Positions 18,578-27,893 of a DNA stretch of 64,000 nucleotides are shown here, one piece after another (position 1 is the first letter of the stretch; the number at the start of each line of letters is the position of its first letter). The notes below the pieces were generated by a model. That model was given only the letters and a program-made list of their open reading frames with translations. It was not told the DNA's origin and ran no database searches. This DNA is from an uncultured Candidatus Rokubacteria bacterium (GTDB lineage: Bacteria; Methylomirabilota; Methylomirabilia; Rokubacteriales; DASRDR01), in the NCBI GenBank assembly GCA_963826115.1, contig CAWGVS010000010.1, forward strand, positions 32,001 through 96,000, in the 5' to 3' direction. Made by a program: the position numbers and the translations under genes.

Positions 18578-19024
18578 CTACCGCCCGCGGACGGTGAGGA
18601 CCGGGCACGGCGCGGTGGCGACCACCCGCGCCGCCACGCTGCCGAGGATCATCCGCGTGAGCCCGGTGTGCCCGTGGGTGCCCATCACGATGAGGCCCGC
18701 CCGCTTGGCGCGCGCCGCGCGGACGATCCGCTCGGGCGGCACGCCCTCGAGCAGGAGCACGCCGGCTCGGACGCCGGCGGCCTTCGCTCGGAGAGCCATC
18801 TGGCGGAGCTGCTTCCGCGCCCGCGTCTGGAGGTCGGTCGCGATCTGGTCGTAGAGCTGGGGCGAGACGTACCCGTCCCCGACGTACGGGATGGCGGGGC
18901 TCAACACGTGGGCGATCACCAGCTGGGCGCGCGTCAGCCGGGCGAACTCGATGGCCCGGACGAAGGCCCGTCGGGACGGCCGAGAGAAATCCGAGGCGAA
19001 CAGAATGCGATGGATGCGCGGCAT
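18578..19024 (-). CDS. Universal stress protein
   Basis: ILFASDFS, LIVMGTHGHTG, LGSVAARVVATAPCPVLTV. Confidence 0.93.
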   Translation of the reverse strand: MPRIHRILFASDFSRPSRRAFVRAIEFARLTRAQLVIAHVLSPAIPYVGDGYVSPQLYDQIATDLQTRARKQLRQMALRAKAAGVRAGVLLLEGVPPERIVRAARAKRAGLIVMGTHGHTGLTRMILGSVAARVVATAPCPVLTVRGR

Positions 19025-19042
19025 GTGGTTCTCCTCCCCGGC

Positions 19043-19246
19043 CTACCTCTCCGGGAGCCGGCCCTTCCGGCGGCCCCGCAGCACGCGGGGCCCCGCGGGG
19101 GCCTGGTACAGCGTGGTGTCCTTCCGGACCGCGACGTGCGCCGTCTTCCGGCGCCGCTGGACCCGCGCGGGCACGCGGACGTCCTCCGGCGGGCGGCCGG
19201 CCTTGGCCGATCGCGGACCTCGCACGGGCGGCTTCCCCTGACCCAT
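19043..19246 (-). CDS. Small basic hypothetical protein
   Basis: 67 aa with an AAGGAGAGG RBS; no recognisable motif. Confidence 0.45.
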   Translation of the reverse strand: MGQGKPPVRGPRSAKAGRPPEDVRVPARVQRRRKTAHVAVRKDTTLYQAPAGPRVLRGRRKGRLPER

Positions 19247-19389
19247 GGACCTCTCCTTCTAGTATCGTGCCAGTATCGCGCGCTGCGGGGTCGACCGGCC
19301 ACCCCCACGCCCGGCGGGACCCGGAGCCGAAGGGAGCGATCGGCGCGCCAGCGTCCAGGCCTGGGGAACTCGCGGGTTGGCTCGGGGTG

Positions 19390-19729
19390 CGAGCATCGTG
19401 ACGAGGCGCACGCTCCGCGACTGCCGCACGCCGCCCCGCCGGCCCTCGGGGCGCGGCCGCGCAGGCTCAGACGCGCTCGGCGGTCGACTCGATGACGCTC
19501 GACCTGGTGGTCACCGATCTCCGGCTCCCGTGCGCCGACGGCCGCGCGGTCGGGCGGCGCGCGCTCGCGCGTCCCGCCGATTCCGGTGACCAGGATCGCC
19601 GCCTACGTCTCGACCTGGGCGCGGCGCGACGCCTGGCAGGCGAGCGTGGCCGCGTACCTGCCCAAGCCGTTCACCGACGCCGCCTTGCTCGACGTCGTCC
19701 GGCGCGTGCTGGCGCAGAAGATGGGCTGA
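19390..19729 (+). pseudogene. Degenerate single-domain response regulator
   Basis: DLVVTDLRLP..DG in one frame; PIPV..AAYLPKPFTDAALLDVVRRVL* in another frame after a shift near 19575. The N-terminus is eroded. Confidence 0.7.
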
Positions 19730-19839
19730 CGCCAGCGGCGCCCGCGCGCGCCGGGCGCGCCGGGCAGTATCATGTCGGAGCTGGCGCGTGGGCCTTGCGG
19801 GCGATCGGCCGGCGGCCCGGGCCGGGGAACGGGCGGGCG

Positions 19840-20264
19840 GTGAGCGACAAGCCTCGAATCCTCATCGTGGACGACGAGCCGGACTTCGGCGCCAACTGGC
19901 GTCGGGTGCTGGAGCGTGACGGCTACCCGTGCGCCACGGCGACCGACGGCGAGCGTGCGCTCACGCTCCTCGACTCGGAGCACCCGTGATCGAGCGGGCG
20001 TGCGTGCTGGCCGACGGCCCCCGCATCCGGGCGCGGGACCTGCCCGAGCACGTCCGGGGCCGGGCGCGCGCGACGCCGACCATCCCTGGCCGCGACCTCC
20101 CGCTTGCCGAGGCGCGCGAGGCCTGGCTCGGCGCCTTCGCGCAGGAGTACCTGACGGACCTCCTCCGCCGGCACGGGGGAACCATCTCGCGGGCGGCGAA
20201 GACCGCCGGCGTCGACCGGAAGACCCTCCACCGCCTGCTCGCCAAGCACCGGATCCGGCCCTGA
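19840..20264 (+). pseudogene. NtrC-type sigma-54 activator with an internal deletion (receiver N-half joined out of frame to the Fis-HTH tail)
   Basis: VSDKPRILIVDDEP..ALTLLDSEHP* is followed directly by VIERACVLADG..DLP..GGTISRAAKTAGVDRKTLHRLL. The whole AAA+/GAFTGA region is absent. Confidence 0.8.
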
Positions 20265-21322
20265 TGCCGGGGACCGGCCCCGCCGCGATGACACCGTCCT
20301 GGATGGAATCCGAGGTGCGGAGCCAGCCCGCGATGCTCGCGCGGCTCGCCGAGGACGCCGCTCCGCTGGTCGCGGAGCTCGGGCGGGCGATCGCGCGCCG
20401 GCGGCCGCGCTTCGCCGTCCTGGCGGCGCGCGGGTCGTCGGACCACGCGGCGATCTACGGCAAGTACCTCCTCGAGACCGAGGTGGGCCTGGTCGCGTCG
20501 CTGGCCGCGCCGTCCGTGTACTCGCTCTACGGCCGGAGCCCCGACGTGCGCGACGCGCTCGCCATCGGCATCTCCCAGTCGGGCCAGTCTCCCGACATCG
20601 TCGCGGCGATCGAGGGCGCCGGGCGCGCCGGCGCCCTCACTCTCGCGGTGACCAACGACGAGGCGTCGCCGCTCGCGCGGGTTGCCGACCTCGTGCTGCC
20701 GCTCCGGGTCGGCCCCGAGCGGAGCGTCGCCGCCACGAAGACGTTCACGTCGGAGCTGCTCGCCCTGTGGCTGCTCGTGACCGCCGTCACCGGAGCCGAC
20801 CCGGCCGCCGCCGCCCGCGTCGGCGGGCAGGTGGGCGACGCGCTGGCCGCGGCCGCGACCGCGCTCCCCGGGCTCGCGCTGGGCGAGGCCGCGAGCCCGG
20901 TCGTCGTGGTCGGCCGCGGCTACAGCTTCCCGATCGCGCTCGAGATCGCGCTGAAGCTCCGTGAGGTCGGCGTCCGGAACGCGCAGGGGTTCTCGGCCGC
21001 GGACCTGCTGCACGGCCACATCGCCGCCGTGCAGCCCGGCACGTGGGCGGTCCTCGTCGGCACCGCCGGGCCCACGCTCGCGAGCCTCGTCGATTGCGCG
21101 GCGGCGCTCCGGGCGCGAGGCGCCCGGACCGTCGCGATCAGCGACGCGCCCGAGCTCCTCGGGCCGGCGGACGTGGGTGTGCGGGTCGGGGCGACCGTCG
21201 AGAGTCTGGCCCCGCTGCCCATCACCGCGGCCGGCCAGTGGCTCACGATCCAGGACGCGGTCGCGCGAGGGTTGGATCCCGATCGGCCGCCCGGCCTCTC
21301 GAAGATCGTCCGCACGGTCTGA
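20264..21322 (+). CDS. SIS-domain sugar-phosphate isomerase/deaminase (GlmS C-terminal-like)
   Basis: ARGSSDHAA, ISQSGQSPD, SVAATKTF, EIALKLRE, LDPDRPPGLSKI. Confidence 0.88.
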   Translation: MPGTGPAAMTPSWMESEVRSQPAMLARLAEDAAPLVAELGRAIARRRPRFAVLAARGSSDHAAIYGKYLLETEVGLVASLAAPSVYSLYGRSPDVRDALAIGISQSGQSPDIVAAIEGAGRAGALTLAVTNDEASPLARVADLVLPLRVGPERSVAATKTFTSELLALWLLVTAVTGADPAAAARVGGQVGDALAAAATALPGLALGEAASPVVVVGRGYSFPIALEIALKLREVGVRNAQGFSAADLLHGHIAAVQPGTWAVLVGTAGPTLASLVDCAAALRARGARTVAISDAPELLGPADVGVRVGATVESLAPLPITAAGQWLTIQDAVARGLDPDRPPGLSKIVRTV

Positions 21323-21365
21323 CGGCTGCGGCCGGACGTCGGGCGGCGCCGCCCGGCGGGGCGGC

Positions 21366-21394
21366 TTGTCGAACGGGGCGCGGCCCTCTATCTT
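21366..21394 (+). promoter_or_regulatory. sigma-70-type promoter candidate
   Basis: TTGTCG-17nt-TATCTT upstream of the hydratase gene. Confidence 0.5.
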
Positions 21395-21447
21395 CGGGAG
21401 GCGCCCGCCGTCGGGCCGCCACTCACGCGAGGAGGCCGGACATCGCC

Positions 21448-22194
21448 ATGCTCGACCGCTTGCTCGAGACGCGCCGCACCCACCGGAAGGCCCCGCTGCC
21501 GTCGCCGCCCATCGCGCTGGATGCCGCCTATCGTCTCCAGGACCAGCTGCGGGAGGCGCTCGTGGCTCGCGGCGAGCGAGTCGTCGGATGGAAGACCGGC
21601 CTGACCAGCCGGGTTGTGCAGCAAACCATGGGCATCCACCACCCCGTCTCGGGCTTCCTCCTCGGCGACGGCGTCTACGCGAGCGGGGACCCGGTGCCGC
21701 TGTCGCGGTTCGCGGAGCTCGTGGTGGAGGCCGAGATCGCCTTCGTGATGAAGCGCGACCTGGCGGGGCCGGGCGTGACATCGGCGACCGCGCTGCTCGC
21801 CGTGGAGGGCGCGCTCCCCGCCCTCGAGCTGCCGGACCTCCGCTGGGACGGCAAGCCCACGGGCGGCGACCTCGTCGCCGACGGCGTGGCGGGGAACGCC
21901 ATCGTGCTCGGCCAGCCCCTCACGCCCGTGGTCGGGCTCGACCTCGCGCTCGAGGGCGTCGTGTACGAGATGAGCGGCCAGATCGTGGCGACCAACACGG
22001 CCGCCGAGGTCCTCGGCAATCCCCTGAACTCGCTCGCCTGGCTCGCCAACAACCTCGGGGAGCGCGGCCTGGGGCTCCGGGCCGGCGATCTCGTGATGAG
22101 CGGCTCGATCTGTCCCTTGCTGCGCCCGAAAGCGGGCGACGTCGTGACCGCGCGCTTCACCCGGCTCGGGTCGGTCAGCGCGCGCTTCGTGTGA
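21448..22194 (+). CDS. 2-keto-4-pentenoate hydratase / FAH-superfamily protein
   Basis: AYRLQ, GWKTGLTS, VEAEIAF, VLGNPLNSLAWLAN, LRAGDLVMSGS. Confidence 0.88.
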   Translation: MLDRLLETRRTHRKAPLPSPPIALDAAYRLQDQLREALVARGERVVGWKTGLTSRVVQQTMGIHHPVSGFLLGDGVYASGDPVPLSRFAELVVEAEIAFVMKRDLAGPGVTSATALLAVEGALPALELPDLRWDGKPTGGDLVADGVAGNAIVLGQPLTPVVGLDLALEGVVYEMSGQIVATNTAAEVLGNPLNSLAWLANNLGERGLGLRAGDLVMSGSICPLLRPKAGDVVTARFTRLGSVSARFV

Positions 22195-22201
22195 GGAGAC
22201 G

Positions 22202-23047
22202 ATGAGAAAGCTACTGAACGCGGAGCAGGTCGAGCGCTACCAGCGGGACGGGATCCTGTTCCCGATTCCGGTCCTGTCACCCGAGGAGACCGCGCACTTC
22301 CGCGCGGCGTTCGAGGAGGTGGCGGCGCGCCTCGGCGGCCGGCCGGTGGCGCAGGAGCTTGGGCACGCGCACGCCCACTTCCGGTGGGCGTACGACCTGG
22401 CGACCCACCCGAGGATCGTGGACGCCGTCGAGGACGTCCTGGGGCCCGACGTGCTCGTGTGGACCGTCTCGATCTTCCCGAAGTACCCGCGGGACCCGGG
22501 GTTCATCTCCTGGCACCAGGACGGCACGTACTGGGGGCTCGACTCGACCCAGGTCACGACGGCCTGGGTGGCGCTGACCGACAGCAGCGTCGACAACGGC
22601 TGCATGCGAGTCGTCCCGGGGTCGCACCGCCGGGCCATCCTCCCGCACCGCGACACCTACGCGGCCGACAACCGCCTGAGCCGCGGGCAGGAGATCGCGG
22701 TCGCCGTGGAGGAGGCCGAGGCCGTCGACGTCGTCCTGCGCGCCGGGGAGATGTCCCTCCACCACGTGAACATCATCCATGGCTCGAATCCGAACCCGTC
22801 GGACCGCTCGCGGATCGGCTTCGCGCCCCGCTACACGACGCCGCGGACCCGCCAGATCGACGGGGAATCGCCGACCGCGGTGCTGGCGCGCGGGCGCGAT
22901 GACTACGGCCACTTCAAGCTCCTGCCCGAGCCGCCGGCGCTCGACCTCGAGGCGGCGCTGGCCACCCAGCAGGCCGCAGCGGCGCGGTTCCTGTCCGAGG
23001 TCCGCAAGACGCGCGGGCACTACGCGGCGGGAGAGCGCCCGGCCTGA
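22202..23047 (+). CDS. Phytanoyl-CoA dioxygenase (PhyH) family Fe(II)/2OG enzyme
   Basis: WHQDGTYW, NGCMRVVPGSH, HGSNPN..R. Confidence 0.9.
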   Translation: MRKLLNAEQVERYQRDGILFPIPVLSPEETAHFRAAFEEVAARLGGRPVAQELGHAHAHFRWAYDLATHPRIVDAVEDVLGPDVLVWTVSIFPKYPRDPGFISWHQDGTYWGLDSTQVTTAWVALTDSSVDNGCMRVVPGSHRRAILPHRDTYAADNRLSRGQEIAVAVEEAEAVDVVLRAGEMSLHHVNIIHGSNPNPSDRSRIGFAPRYTTPRTRQIDGESPTAVLARGRDDYGHFKLLPEPPALDLEAALATQQAAAARFLSEVRKTRGHYAAGERPA

Positions 23048-23127
23048 GACGTCCGGCGGGTCCGGGCTCCGCGTCGCCGGGCGCCCCTCGGACCCACTGT
23101 CGCCGGCCCGGGCCTGGTCGAGCCCGC

Positions 23128-23171
23128 CGCCTGCACAGTCCACTGTGCAGGGTGCACTGTGGACTGTGCAC
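23128..23171. promoter_or_regulatory. Double-dyad element copy 1 (candidate enhancer/UAS)
   Basis: TGCACAGT-CC-ACTGTGCA (23132-23149) and TGCACTGT-GG-ACTGTGCA (23153-23170), 21 bp apart; 40/44 identical to the reverse complement of 28381-28424. Confidence 0.75.
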
Positions 23172-23329
23172 TCGTCGTAGCCCGTTGAATCTTAAGGCGC
23201 TCTGGCCCCCCCGTTCCCCCTAGCCCCGCGCCCTGCCCAGTGGGGAGTGCACCGGCCCCCCCGATCCCTGAGCCGTGGTGTGCCCTCCAACTCCGCGTCG
23301 TCATGGGCGCGCGCCCTTCGTCGCCGGAC

Positions 23330-23345
23330 CGGCACGGGCCGTGCA
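23330..23345 (+). promoter_or_regulatory. sigma-54 promoter candidate for the 23438-27865 unit
   Basis: CGGCACGGGCCGTGCA (GG-N10-GC), about 160 bp downstream of dyad element 1. Confidence 0.55.
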
Positions 23346-23437
23346 CCCCGGGGCTCCCGCGGGACCGGATCCAGGCGTCGTCGCGGCGCCGGGATCGCCT
23401 GCTGTCGGAGGCCACGCACGCGGCGAGGAGGCCGAGC

Positions 23438-24346
23438 ATGGGCTGGCTCGACGATCTGAGGAAGTGGCTGGGCAGCGGGGAGCGGCCGGCGCCGAACGGA
23501 TCGCCCGCGCCGCCACCCGCATTCACGGTCGGCCCACGCCCCTTCGGGGTGGGCCGGGACGTCGCCGGCGTCGAGTGGCAGACCGACAAGCGCACGAGCG
23601 CGCTGGTGCGCTATCGCGCCGCGGGCGCGGAGCCGTGGAGCGAGGTGGTCGACGAGAGCCGCCAGCGCGACCACCAGCGCACGCTGTCGCCGCTGACGCC
23701 GGACACGGAGTACCAGGTCGAGGTGACCGCGACCGTGCCACAGCGCGGCGGCGGCATGGTGTCGCGGACGATCACGCTCCGGACCCTGCCCGTGGCCGCG
23801 CCTCCCCCCCCGCCACCCGACCACGTCCCGCCGTCTCCGCCGCCCGACGACGGCGGCGAGCCCATCCCGCATCCGCCCATGACCGTGAGCGTGCTCGCGG
23901 AGCAGGCGGTGTGGCTCCCGGGCACGCTCACCCGGGTCGATCCGGCCTTCGCGTCGTGGCTCCGGCGCACCTGTGTCGGCGGCGCGACTCGGCTCGTGCT
24001 CGCCGATCTCGGCCAGATCCCCGGCCGGATGCGCCAGGCCGGCTTCCGGGGTCGGGACAACGCGCTCTGGTACACCCTGTCGCGCTCCTACGCGGAGTGG
24101 AACTGGCACGGGGACCCGCACGACCCCGACCGCCACCTGAGCGACCAGCGGCGGGAGCTCCACGACTTCTGGTCGAACTACATCGACGCCGTGCTCGCGG
24201 CCATGACGGCCGCGCCCCAGACGACCGCGCTCATCCTCGACAACGATGGCCCCGACCGCTGCGGCAAGGAGCTGGGGGAGTACACACAGCGCCAGATGCG
24301 CAACGCGGCCGGGCGCGTCGAGCTGGGCCGCTTCCACCACGACTGA
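23438..24346 (+). CDS. Hypothetical protein: FN3-like domain, poly-Pro linker, unknown C-terminal domain
   Basis: GAGGAGG RBS; VEWQTD..ALVRY..H..TLSPLTPDTEYQVEV is FN3-like; PPPPPPDHVPPSPPP linker. Confidence 0.7.
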   Translation: MGWLDDLRKWLGSGERPAPNGSPAPPPAFTVGPRPFGVGRDVAGVEWQTDKRTSALVRYRAAGAEPWSEVVDESRQRDHQRTLSPLTPDTEYQVEVTATVPQRGGGMVSRTITLRTLPVAAPPPPPPDHVPPSPPPDDGGEPIPHPPMTVSVLAEQAVWLPGTLTRVDPAFASWLRRTCVGGATRLVLADLGQIPGRMRQAGFRGRDNALWYTLSRSYAEWNWHGDPHDPDRHLSDQRRELHDFWSNYIDAVLAAMTAAPQTTALILDNDGPDRCGKELGEYTQRQMRNAAGRVELGRFHHD

Positions 24347-24386
24347 CCGCGCGGCCGCGGGCGCGGCCGCCACGGAGGGCGATCGG

Positions 24387-24629
24387 ATGGTGCGCGCCTA
24401 TCTCCTCGTCGAAGCCGATCCGGCCGGGGCCACGAACCTCCTGGCGCGCGTGCGGAGCGTGAGCCTGGGCAACTGCCTCCTGCTCGCCGAGGAGCTGATG
24501 CCCGGCGAGATCATCGCGCATCTGCACTGCACCGAGCGGGCGGACGTCACCCGGGCCGTCGTCGAGGACATCGCCCGGCTCGACGGTGTCCGGCGCACCA
24601 CGCTCCTGCTCCTGACGGACCAGGGGTAG
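24387..24629 (+). CDS. Small alpha/beta protein resembling a stand-alone Lrp/AsnC ligand-binding (RAM) domain
   Basis: MVRAYLLVE...IARLDGVRRTT pattern; 80 aa. Confidence 0.6.
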   Translation: MVRAYLLVEADPAGATNLLARVRSVSLGNCLLLAEELMPGEIIAHLHCTERADVTRAVVEDIARLDGVRRTTLLLLTDQG

Positions 24630-24661
24630 CGTCTCCCGCGCGCCACCCGGGAAGGGCGACC

Positions 24662-26692
24662 ATGGCGAGCAAGCGCACGCACGCCGGGCGGCCGCAGCGG
24701 CTCGACCGGGATCTCATGGAGCAGCTCCTCTTCGGGACCGGCCGGGCGCGCCGGTTCACGCAGGACTCGCCGGTGCTGCCCGACGTGTGGCTCGAGTACG
24801 CGAAGCAGCCGGCCGAGGACGGTGGGCCCCCCGCGGGGACGGCCCGCGGCCGGAGCCCCGCCGCGCTCCTGCCGCCCGTGAAGCTCCTCCTGACACCCTA
24901 CCGCGAGGTGGCGGCGGGCGAGGTCCGCCGCACCGTCCGCGAGCGCCTGACCGCCGAGCGCCAGACCGCCGCGTGGCGCGCCTTCGGCCACGCGCCGTCG
25001 CCCTTGCCCCGGGTCGTCTACAACCTGTCCACGGTGGCCGCGACGCTCCACTTCGAGGACCTGGTGCGCGTCGTGCTGCCGATGACGGAATGGTGGCACC
25101 GTCTCACCCGGGAATGGAGCGTCGACGACATCCGGGACGAGACCTCGCAGCGCTGGCTCGCGCAGGCGATCCGCGACCCCGAGCACCCGCCGATCGCGCC
25201 GGGGCCGGCGAGCGTGAAGCGGCGGCTCCGGGTGCGCTCCGATCTCCTGTGGATGATCCGCGTGGTGGGGGCGCTCGCGATCGTGCGACGGGGCGGCCGG
25301 CTGCCCCGCGTCTTCACCGAGTCGAAGGAGGGTGTCGCGGCGGCGACGGAGGCCGACTGGCTCCAGCTGATCCGGGCCGTCGCCGACCTGGTGCGCGGGG
25401 TCGCGTCGGAGGCGCGCCCCATGGTCTACTCCGTCAGCATCAACCGCGAGGCGTCGCCCACCGTGGCGCGCTCGACCCTGGCCATCAAGGCCGACGCCGC
25501 TCGCCGCCTCTTCGCCATCTCGTGCCGGGAGATCACGTGGGCGGTCATCGACAGCGGAGTCGACGCCCGCCATCCGGCCTTCCGCGCGCGCGACCCGAAG
25601 AGCGAGGCGCCGGTGAGCGACCGGCCGTTCGTCGACGCGGCCGGGCGCGCCGGGAACTGCACCCGCGTGGTCGAGACCTACGACTTCACGGAGATCGACC
25701 TCCTCCTCGACCCCGACTCGCCCGACGTGCCCGCCGAGCTCCGGAAGCGGCTCGGCGACGGGTCGCCCGACGCCCGAAAGCTTCGCCAGCAGCTCGAGGA
25801 GCTGTACGGCGCCCTGAGCCGGGGCCGCGCGATCGACTGGGGCCAGGTCGCCCCCTTCATCCGCGTGCCGCACGCGGACGGCCAGTACCGCCGGCCGGAG
25901 AACGACCACGGCACGCACGTGGCCGGGATCCTGGCCGGCGACTGGCGGAAGGGGGAGGCGGGCGGGCTCCTCGAGGAGGACCTGATCGGCGTCTGCCCCG
26001 ACCTGCGCCTCTACGACTTCCGGGTCCTGGACGAAGCTGGCCGCGGGGACGAGTTCGCGGTCATGGCGGCGCTCCAGTTCGTGCGCTACCTGAATTCCAC
26101 GAACGAGTACGTCGTCGTGCACGGCGCCAACCTGAGCCTCTCGATCCCCCACGAGATCTCGAACTACGCGTGCGGCCGCACGCCGGTGTGCGACGAGTGC
26201 GACCGGGTGGTGTCGTCGGGGGTGGTGGTGGTCGCGGCGGCCGGCAACCAGGGCCGCCAGCGGTACACGACGGAACAGGGACGGGTCGCCGAGGCCTATC
26301 TCTCCATCAGCATCACCGACCCCGGCAACGCCGAGCAGGTCATCACCGTCGGCGCCACCCACCGGTACCGGCCGCACACGTACGGCGTCAGCTACTTCTC
26401 GAGCCGCGGCCCGACCGGCGACGGCCGGATCAAGCCGGACCTGGTGGCCCCCGGCGAGAAGATCACGGCGCCGGTGCCCGAGGGCGCCTTCGGCCTGAAG
26501 GACGGGACCAGCATGGCGGCGCCGCACGTGAGCGGCGCGGCCGCGCTCCTCATGGCCCGGCACAACGAGCTGGTCGGCCGGCCGGGCCGCCTGAAGCAGA
26601 TCCTCTGCGAGACGGCGACCGACCTCGGCCGCGAGCGCTACTTCCAGGGGGCCGGGATGCTCGACGTCCTCCGCGCGCTCCAGTCGGTCTGA
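24662..26692 (+). CDS. S8 (subtilisin-like) serine peptidase with long N-terminal region, no signal peptide
   Basis: Triad motifs AVIDSGV, HGTHVAGIL, GTSMAAPHVSG; AAAGNQG; KPDLVAPG. Confidence 0.93.
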   Translation: MASKRTHAGRPQRLDRDLMEQLLFGTGRARRFTQDSPVLPDVWLEYAKQPAEDGGPPAGTARGRSPAALLPPVKLLLTPYREVAAGEVRRTVRERLTAERQTAAWRAFGHAPSPLPRVVYNLSTVAATLHFEDLVRVVLPMTEWWHRLTREWSVDDIRDETSQRWLAQAIRDPEHPPIAPGPASVKRRLRVRSDLLWMIRVVGALAIVRRGGRLPRVFTESKEGVAAATEADWLQLIRAVADLVRGVASEARPMVYSVSINREASPTVARSTLAIKADAARRLFAISCREITWAVIDSGVDARHPAFRARDPKSEAPVSDRPFVDAAGRAGNCTRVVETYDFTEIDLLLDPDSPDVPAELRKRLGDGSPDARKLRQQLEELYGALSRGRAIDWGQVAPFIRVPHADGQYRRPENDHGTHVAGILAGDWRKGEAGGLLEEDLIGVCPDLRLYDFRVLDEAGRGDEFAVMAALQFVRYLNSTNEYVVVHGANLSLSIPHEISNYACGRTPVCDECDRVVSSGVVVVAAAGNQGRQRYTTEQGRVAEAYLSISITDPGNAEQVITVGATHRYRPHTYGVSYFSSRGPTGDGRIKPDLVAPGEKITAPVPEGAFGLKDGTSMAAPHVSGAAALLMARHNELVGRPGRLKQILCETATDLGRERYFQGAGMLDVLRALQSV

Positions 26693-26713
26693 CGCGGGTC
26701 AGGGAAGGCCGCG

Positions 26714-27865
26714 ATGCTGGTGCTCGAGGCACTGCGCGCGCGGTTCGGCGACGCGCTCCTCCTGCACTCCGGCACCACGGCGAAGCCACAGCTCACCGTC
26801 ATCGACGGCGGACCGCCCGGCGTCTACAACGATGCGCTCCGGCCGAGGCTCGAGGCGCTCCGGGCCGAACGCGGCCTCGACGACCGGACGCCCCTCGACA
26901 TCGAGCTCATGATGGTGAGCCACATCGACGACGACCACATCTCGGGCCTCCTCGAGCTGGCGCAGAAGCTCAACGAGCGTCGGGAGAGCGGCCAGCCGCT
27001 CCCGTGGCGGATCCGCCGCGTCTGGCACAATTCGTTCGACGACATCCTCGACAACGACGACCTCAAGGTCGGCGGCGGGGCGTCCACCATGAGCCCCGCG
27101 TCGCTCGACGATTTCCTGGCGCCCGAGGGCTCGCTGATCCTGGCCAGCGTCCCGCAGGGACGGCAGCTCCGGAAGCTGCTCGGCGCCCTGACTCTCGGCG
27201 GCAACCCCCCCTTCAAGGGTCTGGTCTCGGCGGATGGCCTCGCGAAAGCCGTGACGGTGGGCGACCTCAGGATCACGGTGGTGGCGCCCCGGAAGGCCGA
27301 GCTGGCGGCGCTCCAGAAGAAGTGGAACAAGGAGATCGCGCCGCTCCTCGAGAAGGAGCGGAGCCGGCCGCGGCTCGCGGAGATCGCCGCCTACGTGGAC
27401 ACGTCGGTGCACAACCTGTCCAGCATCGTCGTCCTCGTCGAGTCGCAGGGGAAGCGCATCCTCCTGACCGGCGACGGGCGCGGCGACCACACGCTCGCGG
27501 GGCTCAGGAGCGCGAAGCTCCTCGAGGACGGCAAGCTCCGTCTCGATGTGCTGAAGCTGCCGCACCACGGTAGCGAGCGCAACGTCGCCCCCGACTACTT
27601 CGAGACGGTCGTCGCGAAGCACTACGTCGTCTCGGCGGACGGAAAGTTCGACAATCCCGACGTCGGGACGCTCCAGATGATCTCCGCGGCGCGCCGGGAC
27701 GACGACTTCACCATCCACCTCACGTATCCGACAGGCGAGTTCGACGTCCCCCGGATCGGCGAGAAGGTCGAGACGTTCTTCGCGGGCGAGCGGCGAGCCG
27801 GCCGCGCCTACCGCGTGGTGGCGCGGCCGCCGGGCGAGCTGTCGGTGCGCGTTGCGGTCGCGTAG
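26714..27865 (+). CDS. Metallo-beta-lactamase-fold hydrolase (ComEC-like)
   Basis: GDALLL, IDGGP, SHIDDDHISG, NLSSIV, LLTGDG, KLPHHGS. Confidence 0.88.
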   Translation: MLVLEALRARFGDALLLHSGTTAKPQLTVIDGGPPGVYNDALRPRLEALRAERGLDDRTPLDIELMMVSHIDDDHISGLLELAQKLNERRESGQPLPWRIRRVWHNSFDDILDNDDLKVGGGASTMSPASLDDFLAPEGSLILASVPQGRQLRKLLGALTLGGNPPFKGLVSADGLAKAVTVGDLRITVVAPRKAELAALQKKWNKEIAPLLEKERSRPRLAEIAAYVDTSVHNLSSIVVLVESQGKRILLTGDGRGDHTLAGLRSAKLLEDGKLRLDVLKLPHHGSERNVAPDYFETVVAKHYVVSADGKFDNPDVGTLQMISAARRDDDFTIHLTYPTGEFDVPRIGEKVETFFAGERRAGRAYRVVARPPGELSVRVAVA

Positions 27866-27893
27866 CCGCCGGCGGGCGGTCGTGCGCGGGCGG

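Noticed and set aside
19987-19989. TGA after the receiver fragment as a second Sec codon
   Set aside because: Not at a Cys column, and downstream homology resumes in another frame; it is a deletion junction.
23128-23171. CRISPR or mini-array
   Set aside because: Only two adjacent dyads with a 3-bp gap, no spacers and no cas genes.
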